DNA of 64,000 nt from Candidatus Microgenomates bacterium (GCA_016182045.1 JACOYE010000007.1:34121-98120), one strand, 5' to 3'; counted from the stretch's first letter, positions 8,523 to 18,528 are shown. The notes: generated by a model from the sequence alone, not told the origin. A program made the numbers and translations.

Positions 8523-9590
8523 TCAATTTGCGGGGAACATGATTTTTCCAAAAAGTCCGGAAATTTTTCCATTCTCAAAAACCACTTTTCCTCTTAAAGC
8601 TACCTTTTTAATTTTCCCTTTTACCTCTACTCCCTCAAATGGAGTCCAGCCGCATTTGGTGTATAAATTATTAGAATCGATGCGATATTTTTCTTCCATA
8701 TCAATTTCTACAAAGGTATCTTCCTGTTGAGGAATATTAAAAATTTTTCTGGGATTTGTATTTGTTAATTCAATTAATTTTTCTATTGTTAATCTGTCTT
8801 CTTTCACAGCTGTCAAAAGTAAAGGTAGGGCAGTTTCAAGTCCCGGTACCCCATGTGGGGGTTTTTCAGATTTCTTTTCTGCGATTGTATGTGGAGCATG
8901 ATCTTGAGCAATAATATCCATTGTGCCATCTGAAATTGCCTTCCATAAGGCATTCTGGTCTTGCTTCATACCAAGATCTGGTTTCATCTGACCGAATGGC
9001 CCTAATCTTTTGGTATCTGCATTTGTTAAAAAGAGATGGTGGCAAGTAACTTCACAAGTTATCGGTAAACCTTCTGTCTTAGCCTTTCTGATACGATTAA
9101 TGTCTTCTGCCAAAGCCACATGAGCCACATGTAGTCTGTTTCCGTTACGTTTAGCAAGCTTTATGGCCAGAGCCAATTTGTCTTTCTCTGCATGAACTAT
9201 TAAAACTCTCTGCTTTGGCCACCTTTCAAAAATGGTCTGCAGGGCATGCGGATCTTCTTGAAGTAATGTCCCTGTGGTATGATTCATATAAACTTTAAGT
9301 GCCATAACCTTAGTTTTAATTTGGTCAAAATATTTGGAAGATTCTAAAGTCCCTCCAAAATTAAATCCTACATCACAATAAATTCTACCATTAGCAAGTG
9401 AGATCTTTTTATCCACAGCCTCTGGAGTAATAGTGGGCTCAGGATTATTGGGCATATCTAAAATAGCTGTATATCCTCCAGCAATAGCAGCCTTAGTTCC
9501 AGTCTCAAAATCCTCTTTTTGGGTGGCTCCAGGTTCTCTAAGATGTGTATGTACGTCAATTAAGCCCGGTAAGCTAATTATTTTTGACAT
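8523..9590 (-). CDS. pyrC: dihydroorotase
   Basis: 355 aa, N-term GLIDVHTHLREPG metal-binding HxH motif. Confidence 0.85.
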   Translation of the reverse strand: MSKIISLPGLIDVHTHLREPGATQKEDFETGTKAAIAGGYTAILDMPNNPEPTITPEAVDKKISLANGRIYCDVGFNFGGTLESSKYFDQIKTKVMALKVYMNHTTGTLLQEDPHALQTIFERWPKQRVLIVHAEKDKLALAIKLAKRNGNRLHVAHVALAEDINRIRKAKTEGLPITCEVTCHHLFLTNADTKRLGPFGQMKPDLGMKQDQNALWKAISDGTMDIIAQDHAPHTIAEKKSEKPPHGVPGLETALPLLLTAVKEDRLTIEKLIELTNTNPRKIFNIPQQEDTFVEIDMEEKYRIDSNNLYTKCGWTPFEGVEVKGKIKKVALRGKVVFENGKISGLFGKIMFPAN

Positions 9591-9630
9591 TAGATCTATA
9601 TATTATACATTGTATGCTAATATAAATATT

Positions 9631-9900
9631 GTGGCCAAAAAAGGACTCAATAAGTTTATATTTCATAAAGAGCTTATACGACAACTTGTGACCCTTTCCA
9701 CCTCAGCTTTTGGTTTGGCAGCAGCTTTAGCCTGGAATGAAGCCATTCAAACTTTTGTCAAACAGTATATTGAAAGATATTTTCCAGAACAATCCGGAGT
9801 CATATCAAAATTTATTTATGCAATAATAATTACTGTTTTAGGAGTCTTTATTACATATCAGCTCTCCCGTTTAGCTTCCAGATGGGGAGTTAAAAAATGA
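9631..9900 (+). CDS. small membrane protein (start uncertain, possibly GTG)
   Basis: C-terminal part of ORF 9433..9900 lying outside pyrC; two predicted TM helices. Confidence 0.3.
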   Translation: MAKKGLNKFIFHKELIRQLVTLSTSAFGLAAALAWNEAIQTFVKQYIERYFPEQSGVISKFIYAIIITVLGVFITYQLSRLASRWGVKK

Positions 9901-10208
9901 TGATATTCCAATCAATAATTGGAGAGGTTGAGCTTACAAATGAAAGAAAATCCCACATAATCCTTAAGCACCCAGAATTAAAAACCCACATCAAAAAAAT
10001 TTCTCAAGTTTTATCTTCTCCAGATACCATTAGGCGAAGTAAACTAGATGAGGAATCATTGTTATTCTACAAGTATTTTGATACAATCAAGAAGGGTAAA
10101 TACATCAGTGTAACGGTCAAAAAGGGCAAGAGAAATTTCATTTTGACTGCTTATATTACTGATAAAATAAGAGCAGGGGAAATATATGAAAGCGAAAAAG
10201 AAGCTTAA
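9897..10208 (+). CDS. DUF4258-like small protein, putative toxin
   Basis: 103 aa; overlaps start of downstream DUF2283 gene; family assignment tentative. Confidence 0.4.
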   Translation: MMIFQSIIGEVELTNERKSHIILKHPELKTHIKKISQVLSSPDTIRRSKLDEESLLFYKYFDTIKKGKYISVTVKKGKRNFILTAYITDKIRAGEIYESEKEA

Positions 10209-10419
10209 TTTTTATTATGATAAAGGTGCGGATGTGCTTTATGTTTCTAATGGTAAACCATCTGCCAAAGATGAAACATTTGAAACAGAGGATGAGGTTG
10301 TAGTGAGAAAAAATCCCAAGACTGGAGAGGTTAAAGGCTTTACTATCTTACATTTCTTAAAGCGTGGAGCTAAAGGGCCAACCGTTACACTTCCTTTTCA
10401 GTTTTCTTTCCAGCAATGA
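10186..10419 (+). CDS. DUF2283 domain protein, putative antitoxin
   Basis: YYDKGADVLYVSNGKP motif characteristic of DUF2283. Confidence 0.6.
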   Translation: MKAKKKLNFYYDKGADVLYVSNGKPSAKDETFETEDEVVVRKNPKTGEVKGFTILHFLKRGAKGPTVTLPFQFSFQQ

Positions 10420-10470
10420 CCCAAAAAGGCTTAGCTCCAATATTAATAGTCTTAATCATTGCTGCCTTAA

Positions 10471-10509
10471 ATACCATTTCCTTGTACGATCGCACACCAA
10501 AATGGTATA
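10471..10509. repeat. 37-bp palindrome-containing repeat, copy C
   Basis: ACCATTTCCTTGTACGATCGCACACCAAAATGGTATAAA in convergent intergenic spacer. Confidence 0.8.
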
Positions 10510-10549
10510 AATTTTGGAAGCTACAAACGCAAGGTGTCACCTTGTGAGG

Positions 10550-11623
10550 CTAAGTAATCTTCCCATTCTCTACCCTTAAAATCCTGGCTGAATCTAAAAA
10601 GGATTTGGGGATATTTTCTAATTCCACTGTGGCTATTATGGTTTGCTGTTTTCCTACTATTTCCACCACATGAGCACGATGTTTACTATCCAGTTCTGAG
10701 AAAATATCATCCAGTAAAAGTATTGGCCTTTTACCCAAAATTTTGGCCATATATTCCAACTGAGAGAGTTTAAAAGCCAAAGTGGCTGTTCTTTGCTCAC
10801 CCCTAGAACCATAATGGGCCAAGTTTCTACCATCCAGCAAAATTGCGAAATCATCCCGATGAGGTCCAATTAATGTTTGAGCTGCAGCCACCTCCCTACC
10901 ATTTGTTTCCATAAGTTTCTCCATACTAACTATGCTTGGTTTATACTCAAATGTAAACTCCCCCAAAGGTTTTTCCAATCCATCAATGAACTCAAAAAAT
11001 ACTTGTCTCTTATCACTAATCACTTTTCCCTTATCCACCAACTCTTTTGTCCAGTAATCCAGTTCATCCACCCTACTTTTTCCTTCCCTGATTCTTTTTA
11101 AAACCCTATTTCTGGCTACTAAAAACTGTTCATATGCTGTCAGAGCTTTCTTATAATCACTATCCACCTGGGCCAAGGCCAAATCCAGATGCCATCTTCT
11201 TAAAGATGGCGGTCCTGTCACCATATTTATATCCGAGGGATAAAAAATTACCGCCGGCAAATTACCTATAAAATCCAAAACCCTTCTTGAGATACCATTA
11301 ACTAAAACCTTCTTTCTAAAATTAACTTCCCCACTTCTGTTAAGAATAACTAAAAGTTCTGTGTCTCCGCCAGCTGGCGGATCAGTTAAGAATGCTTCTG
11401 CTCTACAAAACTTCTCTCCCTCCTTAATTAACTCATCCTCATTCTCAACTCTTAATGATTTAGTAATTGATAAAAGGTAGATTGCCTCCAAAAGATTGGA
11501 TTTGCCGGCAGCATTATTACCAACTAAAATGGTGGGGCGTTGGTCAAAATCCAAAGACAGGTTAGGATAATTACGAAAGTTTGTTAAATTAAGGCTCTTC
11601 AGAAACATAACCAAAATTTTCAA
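10550..11623 (-). CDS. recF: DNA replication and repair protein RecF
   Basis: Walker A GNNAAGKSNLLEA, LLLDDIFSELD signature. Confidence 0.9.
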   Translation of the reverse strand: MKILVMFLKSLNLTNFRNYPNLSLDFDQRPTILVGNNAAGKSNLLEAIYLLSITKSLRVENEDELIKEGEKFCRAEAFLTDPPAGGDTELLVILNRSGEVNFRKKVLVNGISRRVLDFIGNLPAVIFYPSDINMVTGPPSLRRWHLDLALAQVDSDYKKALTAYEQFLVARNRVLKRIREGKSRVDELDYWTKELVDKGKVISDKRQVFFEFIDGLEKPLGEFTFEYKPSIVSMEKLMETNGREVAAAQTLIGPHRDDFAILLDGRNLAHYGSRGEQRTATLAFKLSQLEYMAKILGKRPILLLDDIFSELDSKHRAHVVEIVGKQQTIIATVELENIPKSFLDSARILRVENGKIT

Positions 11624-11720
11624 TTACCAATAACCAATTTTCAATGAATTTACAATGTTTAAATGTTTGAAAATTTTAAAATTGGAATTTGATTGTAAAT
11701 TGAAAATTGTAAATTGTAAA

Positions 11721-13094
11721 TTACTTCCCTTCCCAGTGTCCCAACCCCAAAAATTCTCTGACATGGTACGGCAATTGTTCTTCCCTAAAAAATAGGCTTG
11801 GTTTAAGTCCAAATAACCCAATCAACATGATGATCGCCCCCAGTGCCATCAAAATCGGTGTGGTACCAAAAATATCTGCCAGCAGTCCCGCAAGAAGAAT
11901 CGGTAAAAGAGACAGTCCCGACATGGCTACTCCAAGAGTGGCAAAAACTTTGCCTCTGTCTTGCTGGGGAGTATTTTCCTGTAAGACTGTTTGAGATGGA
12001 ACCAAGATTGATACCATCACTATCCCCAACAAAAATGACACTACAACCAATACGGCAGATAGAGGGGGTTGATAAAAAAATGGTAATGGTTTGGGGCGAG
12101 GAAGATGCTGAATAGCTGGAACGATAATCGGGGCAATCCCCACCAAGAAAAACAGTAATCCCCCAAAAAGAATTGATCTTGCCACAACTATTCTTTTGAT
12201 TAATCTTTGACCGATTCTACCTAAAACTAATCCACCGATGACTATTCCTAAACCTAAAGGTATCACTAAAACGTATGAGGCATCTGTGGCAGTAATTTGT
12301 AAAGTTTTCTCAAAAAATGAGGGCATTAAAACTGCCAAAACCCCAATCAAAAGCTGAACCAAAGCCAAGATTACTACCGAGGTTAGTACCGACAACTTAC
12401 CTCGTATCAAGTGAATGGTCTCCAAAATTTCAAATAACCCTACCTCCTTTATGGTTGACAGATGTCTTTTTCTGATGGCCCAAATTAATTTTTTCCCCTG
12501 CATATCTGGTGCTGTCACAATGGAGGGAAAAATCAAGGAAAGTAAGAAGGCAAGGGATACAAGTGTCCCACCTAATCCAAAAACAAAATTAATGCCTAAA
12601 TGATTTATCAAAGGCCCTGCCAAAGCAAAACCTACCAAAAAACAGGAGAAAACTGTGCTGGAAAATATCGCATTGGCTGTTATTAGTTGATCCTTTTTGA
12701 CAATAATTGGAACTGCTGAGGCTTCAGCTGGAGTATAAAATTGCCCCAAAGCATTAACGAAAAAGGCAACAACAAGAATTGCCGGATAACTTTCTTTAAA
12801 AAATATCAGACTAAAGAAAGCCAAACTTAGCAAAAAATCAATCATCATGATAATTTTTTTTCGATCAGTGATATCAACTAAAACTCCTGAAAAAAGACCC
12901 AAAAGTAAGGCAGGAAGGTAGATGGCAAAAATAAGGGCTGAAACAGCGACTGATGAACCTGTTAATTGAAATACCCAGATAATTAAAGCAAAGTTTAATA
13001 AGTTATAGGAAAGCTGAACCAAAATTTGATTAATCCAAAGGTTTAAAAACCCCCGGTTTTTTATTACCGAGGTAAAACTGACTCTTGCGGTCAT
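11721..13094 (-). CDS. MFS transporter
   Basis: 457 aa, ~12 predicted TM segments. Confidence 0.7.
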   Translation of the reverse strand: MTARVSFTSVIKNRGFLNLWINQILVQLSYNLLNFALIIWVFQLTGSSVAVSALIFAIYLPALLLGLFSGVLVDITDRKKIIMMIDFLLSLAFFSLIFFKESYPAILVVAFFVNALGQFYTPAEASAVPIIVKKDQLITANAIFSSTVFSCFLVGFALAGPLINHLGINFVFGLGGTLVSLAFLLSLIFPSIVTAPDMQGKKLIWAIRKRHLSTIKEVGLFEILETIHLIRGKLSVLTSVVILALVQLLIGVLAVLMPSFFEKTLQITATDASYVLVIPLGLGIVIGGLVLGRIGQRLIKRIVVARSILFGGLLFFLVGIAPIIVPAIQHLPRPKPLPFFYQPPLSAVLVVVSFLLGIVMVSILVPSQTVLQENTPQQDRGKVFATLGVAMSGLSLLPILLAGLLADIFGTTPILMALGAIIMLIGLFGLKPSLFFREEQLPYHVREFLGLGHWEGK

Positions 13095-13099
13095 AACTG

Positions 13100-14032
13100 T
13101 CAGCTATTATACCCTTTTTGACAATTAGGGCAAAGGTATGTGCCTCGACCTCCTAATTGAATCTTCTTAATTTTCGTGCCACAAATTTTGCATGGATGTT
13201 TATCACGTCCATAGACATAAGCATAATCTAGAAAATAACCTTTATGGCCTTCAGCATCTACAAAATGAGCTCTGGTGGAACCTCCATATTTAATCCCATC
13301 TTTTAAAGATTTAATAATCCCTTTGTAAAGTTTTTTAAATTGTTCATCATTCAAATCTCTTACTCTTACTCGTGGGTCTAAACCTGCACTAAAACAAGCC
13401 TCATTAGAGTAAATATTCCCCACTCCAGAGACTACTGTTTGATCCATAGTAGCCACTTTTACAGGCATGGATTTATGTCTTAATAGGTTTTGTTTAAGAA
13501 TTTGCCAAGTAAATCCTCTTTCTAATGGCTCTGGTCCCAGATTTTTCAATGAACTGTCCACTGTAACCTGTCCCCTGTCCACTGCTTTAACCCATCCGAA
13601 CTTTCTTTGGTCATTAAAATACAAATGCGAACCATCTGAAAAACTGAATATAATCCTAGTATGCGCATTTGGCATTTTCCCCACCATATCTGGAGTAGGA
13701 TGCCCACCTACTAACCTTTGACCATCCTCATAAATTAATTGTCCAGTCATTTTTAAATGGAATAGTAGGGTAACAAAATTGTCATTCCCGCGTAGGCGGG
13801 AATCCAATTCCGAACGAGACTTTTTTAATTGGATCCCTGCATTCGCAGGGACGACGTCCACACCTAAATACTTAGCTTTTCTCCATATATTGAGTACTTT
13901 TTTACCCTCCACCAAATTTGGATTTCCAATGAAAGATTTAGCAGAATTTATTTGGATTTTGGTAATTTTTAACCCAACAATTTTCTTTTGTAACCCCAGT
14001 TTAATTGTTTCAACTTCAGGTAACTCCGGCAC
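13100..14032 (-). CDS. mutM: formamidopyrimidine-DNA glycosylase with in-frame palindromic-element insertion
   Basis: MPELPEVE N-terminus, C-terminal zinc finger CKICG...CPNCQ; ~30-aa insert between RKAKYL and LLFHLKMTG. Confidence 0.85.
   Translation of the reverse strand: MPELPEVETIKLGLQKKIVGLKITKIQINSAKSFIGNPNLVEGKKVLNIWRKAKYLGVDVVPANAGIQLKKSRSELDSRLRGNDNFVTLLFHLKMTGQLIYEDGQRLVGGHPTPDMVGKMPNAHTRIIFSFSDGSHLYFNDQRKFGWVKAVDRGQVTVDSSLKNLGPEPLERGFTWQILKQNLLRHKSMPVKVATMDQTVVSGVGNIYSNEACFSAGLDPRVRVRDLNDEQFKKLYKGIIKSLKDGIKYGGSTRAHFVDAEGHKGYFLDYAYVYGRDKHPCKICGTKIKKIQLGGRGTYLCPNCQKGYNS
13781..13855. repeat. ~75-bp palindromic element (family GTCATTCCCGC...GCGGGAATGAC), in-frame within mutM
   Basis: gtcattcccgcgtaggcgggaatccaatt...aattggatccctgcattcgcagggacgac; encodes VVPANAGIQLKKSRSELDSRLRGNDN. 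Confidence 0.8.
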
Positions 14033-14128
14033 TTGAAATCACTGAATCACAGAATTGTCCACTGAAAACACAGAAACTTTCAGTGTTTCTGTGAACTTCT
14101 CAGTGCTCTCTGTGATTGCAAGCCTCCT

Positions 14129-14506
14129 TTATACAATTACTCTTTTTATTTCTAATTTGCTTTTTCCAAAATTTAAAATCAGTCCTAGCTGTAACTTAGC
14201 AGCCTTTAGATAACCTACTAATTGTTTAGCATGTAAATCCATTATCTCTCGGACTGCTTTTAACTCTACCACTATCTTCTTATATACTCGAAAATCCATT
14301 ACCTCATATCCAATATCTTTACCTTCATAAATTACCCTAAAAGTTTCTTCTCTGGTAAACGGAATGCTCCTTCTTCTGAATTCTTCTGCTAGTGCTCGTT
14401 GATAAATCTTTTCAGGATAACCAGGACCGAGCTTTTTATGCACTTCAATAGCAGAACCAATTATTTTATCTGTTAAATCGCTATCTGGATAATATCCCTG
14501 AACCAC
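14129..14506 (-). CDS. GxxExxY family protein (PD-(D/E)XK-like)
   Basis: IGSAIEVHKKLGPGYPEKIY pattern. Confidence 0.65.
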   Translation of the reverse strand: MVQGYYPDSDLTDKIIGSAIEVHKKLGPGYPEKIYQRALAEEFRRRSIPFTREETFRVIYEGKDIGYEVMDFRVYKKIVVELKAVREIMDLHAKQLVGYLKAAKLQLGLILNFGKSKLEIKRVIV

Positions 14507-14549
14507 TCTTACTGTTATACACTAAACACAGAAAGCAGCACAATACCTG

Positions 14550-15134
14550 TTAAAAGTGCAGTTTCTTCCCCAGTTTGAATTTAATAAGTAAAACAAATAT
14601 AGAACAAATAGAAAATATATATATAGGAAATGCAATATTAGCAAAATTATAATCTTTGAGCGTAAGAATAGTTATTATTGCAGCTATTCCAGCAAATAAA
14701 AAAGCCTGATAATTTTCAGTCTCAGGAAATTTATAAGATTTTATTAAAGTAGGAACTGCTGCTAATCCGTCAGCCAAAATGGCAAATAAAATTGCTATAT
14801 TCCCTATTTGTGTAATAGCCCAAAGCATAAGAGCCAGTAAAGATAATACCCCACAACCCAAATCAAAGTTTGTTATTTTCCACTCGGACTTTTTGTTTAA
14901 AAAGGAAGCACCAAAAATAACCAAAGGACTAAGACCAACTGTCAGAGTCATCAGAGAAGAAAGACCTACCCCCTGGGTAATTTGAGCAGCAAAAGCAATG
15001 ATTGGTGCCAATCCCCACAAAAACCAGGTAACTTTATTTGGTTTCGTCTTACCTTTTAACGTATCTATCAAATAACTTAAACTACCAAATAAATTCAGTG
15101 CAACTGCTAAAAATACAAACTTTTCATCTATCAT
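14550..15134 (-). CDS. hypothetical membrane protein
   Basis: 194 aa, multiple TM helices. Confidence 0.4.
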   Translation of the reverse strand: MIDEKFVFLAVALNLFGSLSYLIDTLKGKTKPNKVTWFLWGLAPIIAFAAQITQGVGLSSLMTLTVGLSPLVIFGASFLNKKSEWKITNFDLGCGVLSLLALMLWAITQIGNIAILFAILADGLAAVPTLIKSYKFPETENYQAFLFAGIAAIITILTLKDYNFANIAFPIYIFSICSIFVLLIKFKLGKKLHF

Positions 15135-15137
15135 AAT

Positions 15138-15950
15138 TTAGATTACCTTAACAAGTTTTCCACTATTTAGGATACTTTTTAGGATAAAGGCAAAAAAGAG
15201 GACCGAAGCGGTAAAGTAGAAAATATTTAAAATAAAGGCTAGCCAGAAAGATTGAATATCAAATTGCCCCCCTTTTATGATCTGTCTCATCCCTTCAAAT
15301 ACATGAGAAATTGGAATAAAGTAGGCAATCTTTTGAAAAACTTCCGGTAAAATATTGATGGGATAAAATACCGCTGCAAAAGGCTGCAGTAAAAAAGGCA
15401 TGATCCAGGTTAGCGGCCCGATTGAATGGCCGTATCTTAATACCAGTGAGATATTAAAAATGCCAAAAGAGGTGGCGAAAATAAACAAATTCAGAGCAAA
15501 AAGGGACAGTCCCAAGCCTAAAGAAGTAATCTGAAAGTTATAAAAAATTGCAGCCATAATCCACATAGACAAAAAAGTAATGGTAATTTTTATTAAACTG
15601 ACTAAAATAAGTCCGCTGATATATTCCAAGAAGGTAATGGGAGTGGATAAAACATTAATTAGATTTCTGTCCCAAATATCAAACATAAAATTGACCCCGA
15701 TATCAGTTGAGACTTTCTCAAAAATCACCCAAAGCATGATCCCACCCAGTAAAAAAGCTGCCAAAGTTGGGGTATTAAGTCCTTGAATATATGATGATAA
15801 AAATCCCCAAAGCACTATCATTAAAACCGGTGAGATTAACACATCAAAAAACCGCTCCAGCTGGTGAATGGCTGTGAAATAATGTCTTATTACTATGGCA
15901 AAAACCCGGTTAAAATTCATCTTGATGTCTTGATAAGTGTATAAACACAT
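15138..15950 (-). CDS. ABC-2 type transporter permease
   Basis: 270 aa, 6 TM; overlaps upstream ABC ATPase gene. Confidence 0.6.
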   Translation of the reverse strand: MCLYTYQDIKMNFNRVFAIVIRHYFTAIHQLERFFDVLISPVLMIVLWGFLSSYIQGLNTPTLAAFLLGGIMLWVIFEKVSTDIGVNFMFDIWDRNLINVLSTPITFLEYISGLILVSLIKITITFLSMWIMAAIFYNFQITSLGLGLSLFALNLFIFATSFGIFNISLVLRYGHSIGPLTWIMPFLLQPFAAVFYPINILPEVFQKIAYFIPISHVFEGMRQIIKGGQFDIQSFWLAFILNIFYFTASVLFFAFILKSILNSGKLVKVI

Positions 15951-16665
15951 CTCTTAAATTAGGTTCATCTGCTCCCCCCTTTAACACTTTCTGTGTTAGC
16001 TCCAAAGGTGAACCCTGGGCAATAATCTTTCCATGATTTAAAAAAATCACATTTGAGGCAACCTCCTCTATTTCCCACATATTGTGGGAGGTATAAAGTA
16101 TGGTAATCTTTTCCTCCTTCTGAATTTGTTTTATCATGGTAATCCCTTTATCCACAATATCCGGATCCATGGAAGCCATGGGTTCATCAAGTAGCAGTAG
16201 TTTTGGATTATTAAGGAATGCTTTACACAAATTCCCCCTGGCTCTTTGACCAAAAGAAAGCTCCCTGATATGTTTATTCTTTAAGTGAGATATTTCAAAA
16301 ATCTCCAGTAGCTCATCAATTCTTTTGTTAATATTTTTTAACTCATAAATCTTTCCGAAAACTACTAAACACTCCCAAAGTTTTAAGTTCCAAGGCAGTG
16401 AGAATTCTGCTGAAGCATAACTTACCTGCTTTAAAATCTCACTTCTTGCCTTTTTAATATCTTTGCCGAAAATCTTAATTTGTCCAAAATCAGGATCAAT
16501 CAAACCTAATAAACAATAAATAGTGGTGGATTTTCCGGCTCCATTTGGGCCTAAAAATCCCAAAATCTGACTTTCTTCCAAAGAAAAAGAGATATCATCA
16601 ATTGCTACAAATCCGCCAAAGGACTTCCTTAAATTTTTAACCTCTAAAATAATATTTTTACTCAT
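15910..16665 (-). CDS. ABC transporter ATP-binding protein
   Basis: Walker A GPNGAGKST, LSFGQ signature, LLLDEP Walker B. Confidence 0.9.
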   Translation of the reverse strand: MSKNIILEVKNLRKSFGGFVAIDDISFSLEESQILGFLGPNGAGKSTTIYCLLGLIDPDFGQIKIFGKDIKKARSEILKQVSYASAEFSLPWNLKLWECLVVFGKIYELKNINKRIDELLEIFEISHLKNKHIRELSFGQRARGNLCKAFLNNPKLLLLDEPMASMDPDIVDKGITMIKQIQKEEKITILYTSHNMWEIEEVASNVIFLNHGKIIAQGSPLELTQKVLKGGADEPNLRDVFIHLSRHQDEF

Positions 16666-16677
16666 ATCTTCCTTCTG

Positions 16678-16757
16678 TGATCCCGACGAATGTCGGGATC
16701 CAATTAAAAACCTACCTCAAATGGTTAATTGGATTCCCGCCTATGCGGGAATGACGA
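16678..16757. repeat. palindromic element (same family as 13781 and 29044), intergenic copy
   Basis: gatcccgacgaatgtcgggatccaatt...aattggattcccgcctatgcgggaatgac. Confidence 0.8.
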
Positions 16758-16810
16758 TGTTATTTATTGTAGATCAATTGAAGCTGAATTCCAATCAGGA
16801 GAGTTCATAT

Positions 16811-17770
16811 TTACTGTCTTTTCATTGTCTTTACACTAAATTTACCAAACTTTACTTCTGAACCTTTTCCTTTAAATCTATAATCATTAATTCCAATTCT
16901 AAACTTTTGAGCTTGGTTGAAGCTGTCCTCTAAATTAATAGCTAACGGTTTAAATAAAATATCTTTATATTCTACCCATCTATAATTTACTTCTCCTTCA
17001 GGCAAATAATTCATTTTAAATACCAAATATATAAACCCTGCTTTATAAGTCGCTTCTAGCGTTACAGTTATCTGTTTATCAAGAGTTACGTTCGCATCAC
17101 CCAACTTTCTTCTAGTAACTTCTGCCCACTTCTCCTTTCTTCCTGAATCATTTTTTTCTACCTTCCATGTTAATCTATCACCATCACCTATTAGAATTCT
17201 AAAAACTTCCTCAAATTCTAAAAAAATTCCAATTGATTGATTCTTCCTAGGAATTGCTGAAAAGGTAGCAATCCAAGGTAATGAACAGTCAAATTGATAT
17301 CTTTTTGCTGCCTGAAAAGTATCTGATTCAGGAGCAGCTACAACCGAAAGGTCATGCGGATCTGGATAAACGAACTTCTCTTTCCCTTCAACATCATTAA
17401 ACTCCAGTATTATCTCAACTGGAATACCTTCACATGGACGAGCTACAATACCTTTCACTCTTTCTTCATCAAGGGGAGTTTGTGAAGCCATAGAACTTGG
17501 AGAAATTTCGGGCTCATTTATAGGCAAAGGCGTTTGATTGCTTATTCCCATGCTTACCAAACTCTTTACACTATTTACCCCATCAATGAGATCTCCTGCT
17601 TTAATAAAAAAGATGATTAAACAGGCTATAAGTATTATTAGGAAAACAAAAATGAATGCTACTTTCCTTCCAGTCTTTCTTTCAATCCATGTAGAAATTG
17701 TCCTAGGAAAATTACCAATAAAATCCCATGACTTTGACCACACATCATCATGTTGTTGTTTAATGCTCAT
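16811..17770 (-). CDS. hypothetical membrane-anchored protein
   Basis: 319 aa, one N-terminal TM then soluble domain. Confidence 0.4.
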   Translation of the reverse strand: MSIKQQHDDVWSKSWDFIGNFPRTISTWIERKTGRKVAFIFVFLIILIACLIIFFIKAGDLIDGVNSVKSLVSMGISNQTPLPINEPEISPSSMASQTPLDEERVKGIVARPCEGIPVEIILEFNDVEGKEKFVYPDPHDLSVVAAPESDTFQAAKRYQFDCSLPWIATFSAIPRKNQSIGIFLEFEEVFRILIGDGDRLTWKVEKNDSGRKEKWAEVTRRKLGDANVTLDKQITVTLEATYKAGFIYLVFKMNYLPEGEVNYRWVEYKDILFKPLAINLEDSFNQAQKFRIGINDYRFKGKGSEVKFGKFSVKTMKRQ

Positions 17771-17772
17771 AC

Positions 17773-17800
17773 AAAAAAAGCAAGCCGTACGGCTTGCTTT
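17773..17800 (-). terminator. Rho-independent terminator downstream of DUF3467 gene
   Basis: perfect palindrome AGCAAGCCGTACGGCTTGCT followed on minus strand by T7. Confidence 0.7.
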
Positions 17801-17904
17801 TACAAGACCGCTGCCCTTATACCCTGCACAGAGGCAGGATCGGTCATATTTCCATATTAGGCACCTTTAATAGAGAAAAGCAAGTTAACAGGCGAAAAGC
17901 TTCT

Positions 17905-18189
17905 TTAACTTACAATTTTCTTTTTAGATGGACTAAATGTAACTTGCTTTTGGTTAAGCTCATCTTTCTCAAGCAACTCTTTAAGAGCAGCAATAAGCAC
18001 CTTAGCATGTTCCTTACTCATACCTAGGCGCGAAACAACAGTCTGCTGATTAGTAGTACCTACCCTTTGGGCAAAGTCCAAAACTACACCATATTGATTA
18101 ATTGTAAGAAAAGTTGAATCGGAATATAGTATTGTTACATTATTGGGTAAATTGACTTGAATTCCCTGACCGCTTCTATCACTTTCCAT
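17905..18189 (-). CDS. DUF3467 domain protein
   Basis: IQVNLPNNV...FLTINQYGVVLDF...EHAKVLIAALKELL matches DUF3467 pattern. Confidence 0.55.
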   Translation of the reverse strand: MESDRSGQGIQVNLPNNVTILYSDSTFLTINQYGVVLDFAQRVGTTNQQTVVSRLGMSKEHAKVLIAALKELLEKDELNQKQVTFSPSKKKIVS

Positions 18190-18446
18190 TGAATGTCACC
18201 ACCTCCTTTCCTATTTACACTGGATGAACTTTCACTTTTATTTCTTATTTGAATCAATTCTTGAAATTCTCTGTCATTCATATCCAAAACGCCTTGTATT
18301 TTTTGTAAGATAACGAGCGTGGGGATCCTGCTCCCCTTTTCAAATTTGCTTACGAGAGAATAAGATATCCCTGCTTCTTTACCTACTTGTCTCACGGTCA
18401 TACCCAATGATTCTCTTTTATGTTTTAAAAGACTTCCTAAACTCAT
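18135..18446 (-). CDS. XRE-family helix-turn-helix transcriptional regulator
   Basis: LGMTVRQVGKEAGISYSLVSKFEKG HTH; start moved to internal Met of ORF 18135..18515. Confidence 0.7.
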   Translation of the reverse strand: MSLGSLLKHKRESLGMTVRQVGKEAGISYSLVSKFEKGSRIPTLVILQKIQGVLDMNDREFQELIQIRNKSESSSSVNRKGGGDIQWKVIEAVREFKSIYPIM

Positions 18447-18528
18447 CTCAATAACTTTGTACCATATTTGTGTACATACTGTCAACAGGGAATAAAATAC
18501 CCCTTTCACGATCATTATTTGCTAATTA

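Noticed and set aside
11624-11720. AATTGTAAATT-type low-complexity repeats between recF and the MFS transporter gene
   Set aside because: Appears to be simple AT-rich intergenic sequence without dyad symmetry or clear periodicity; not convincing as a functional repeat.
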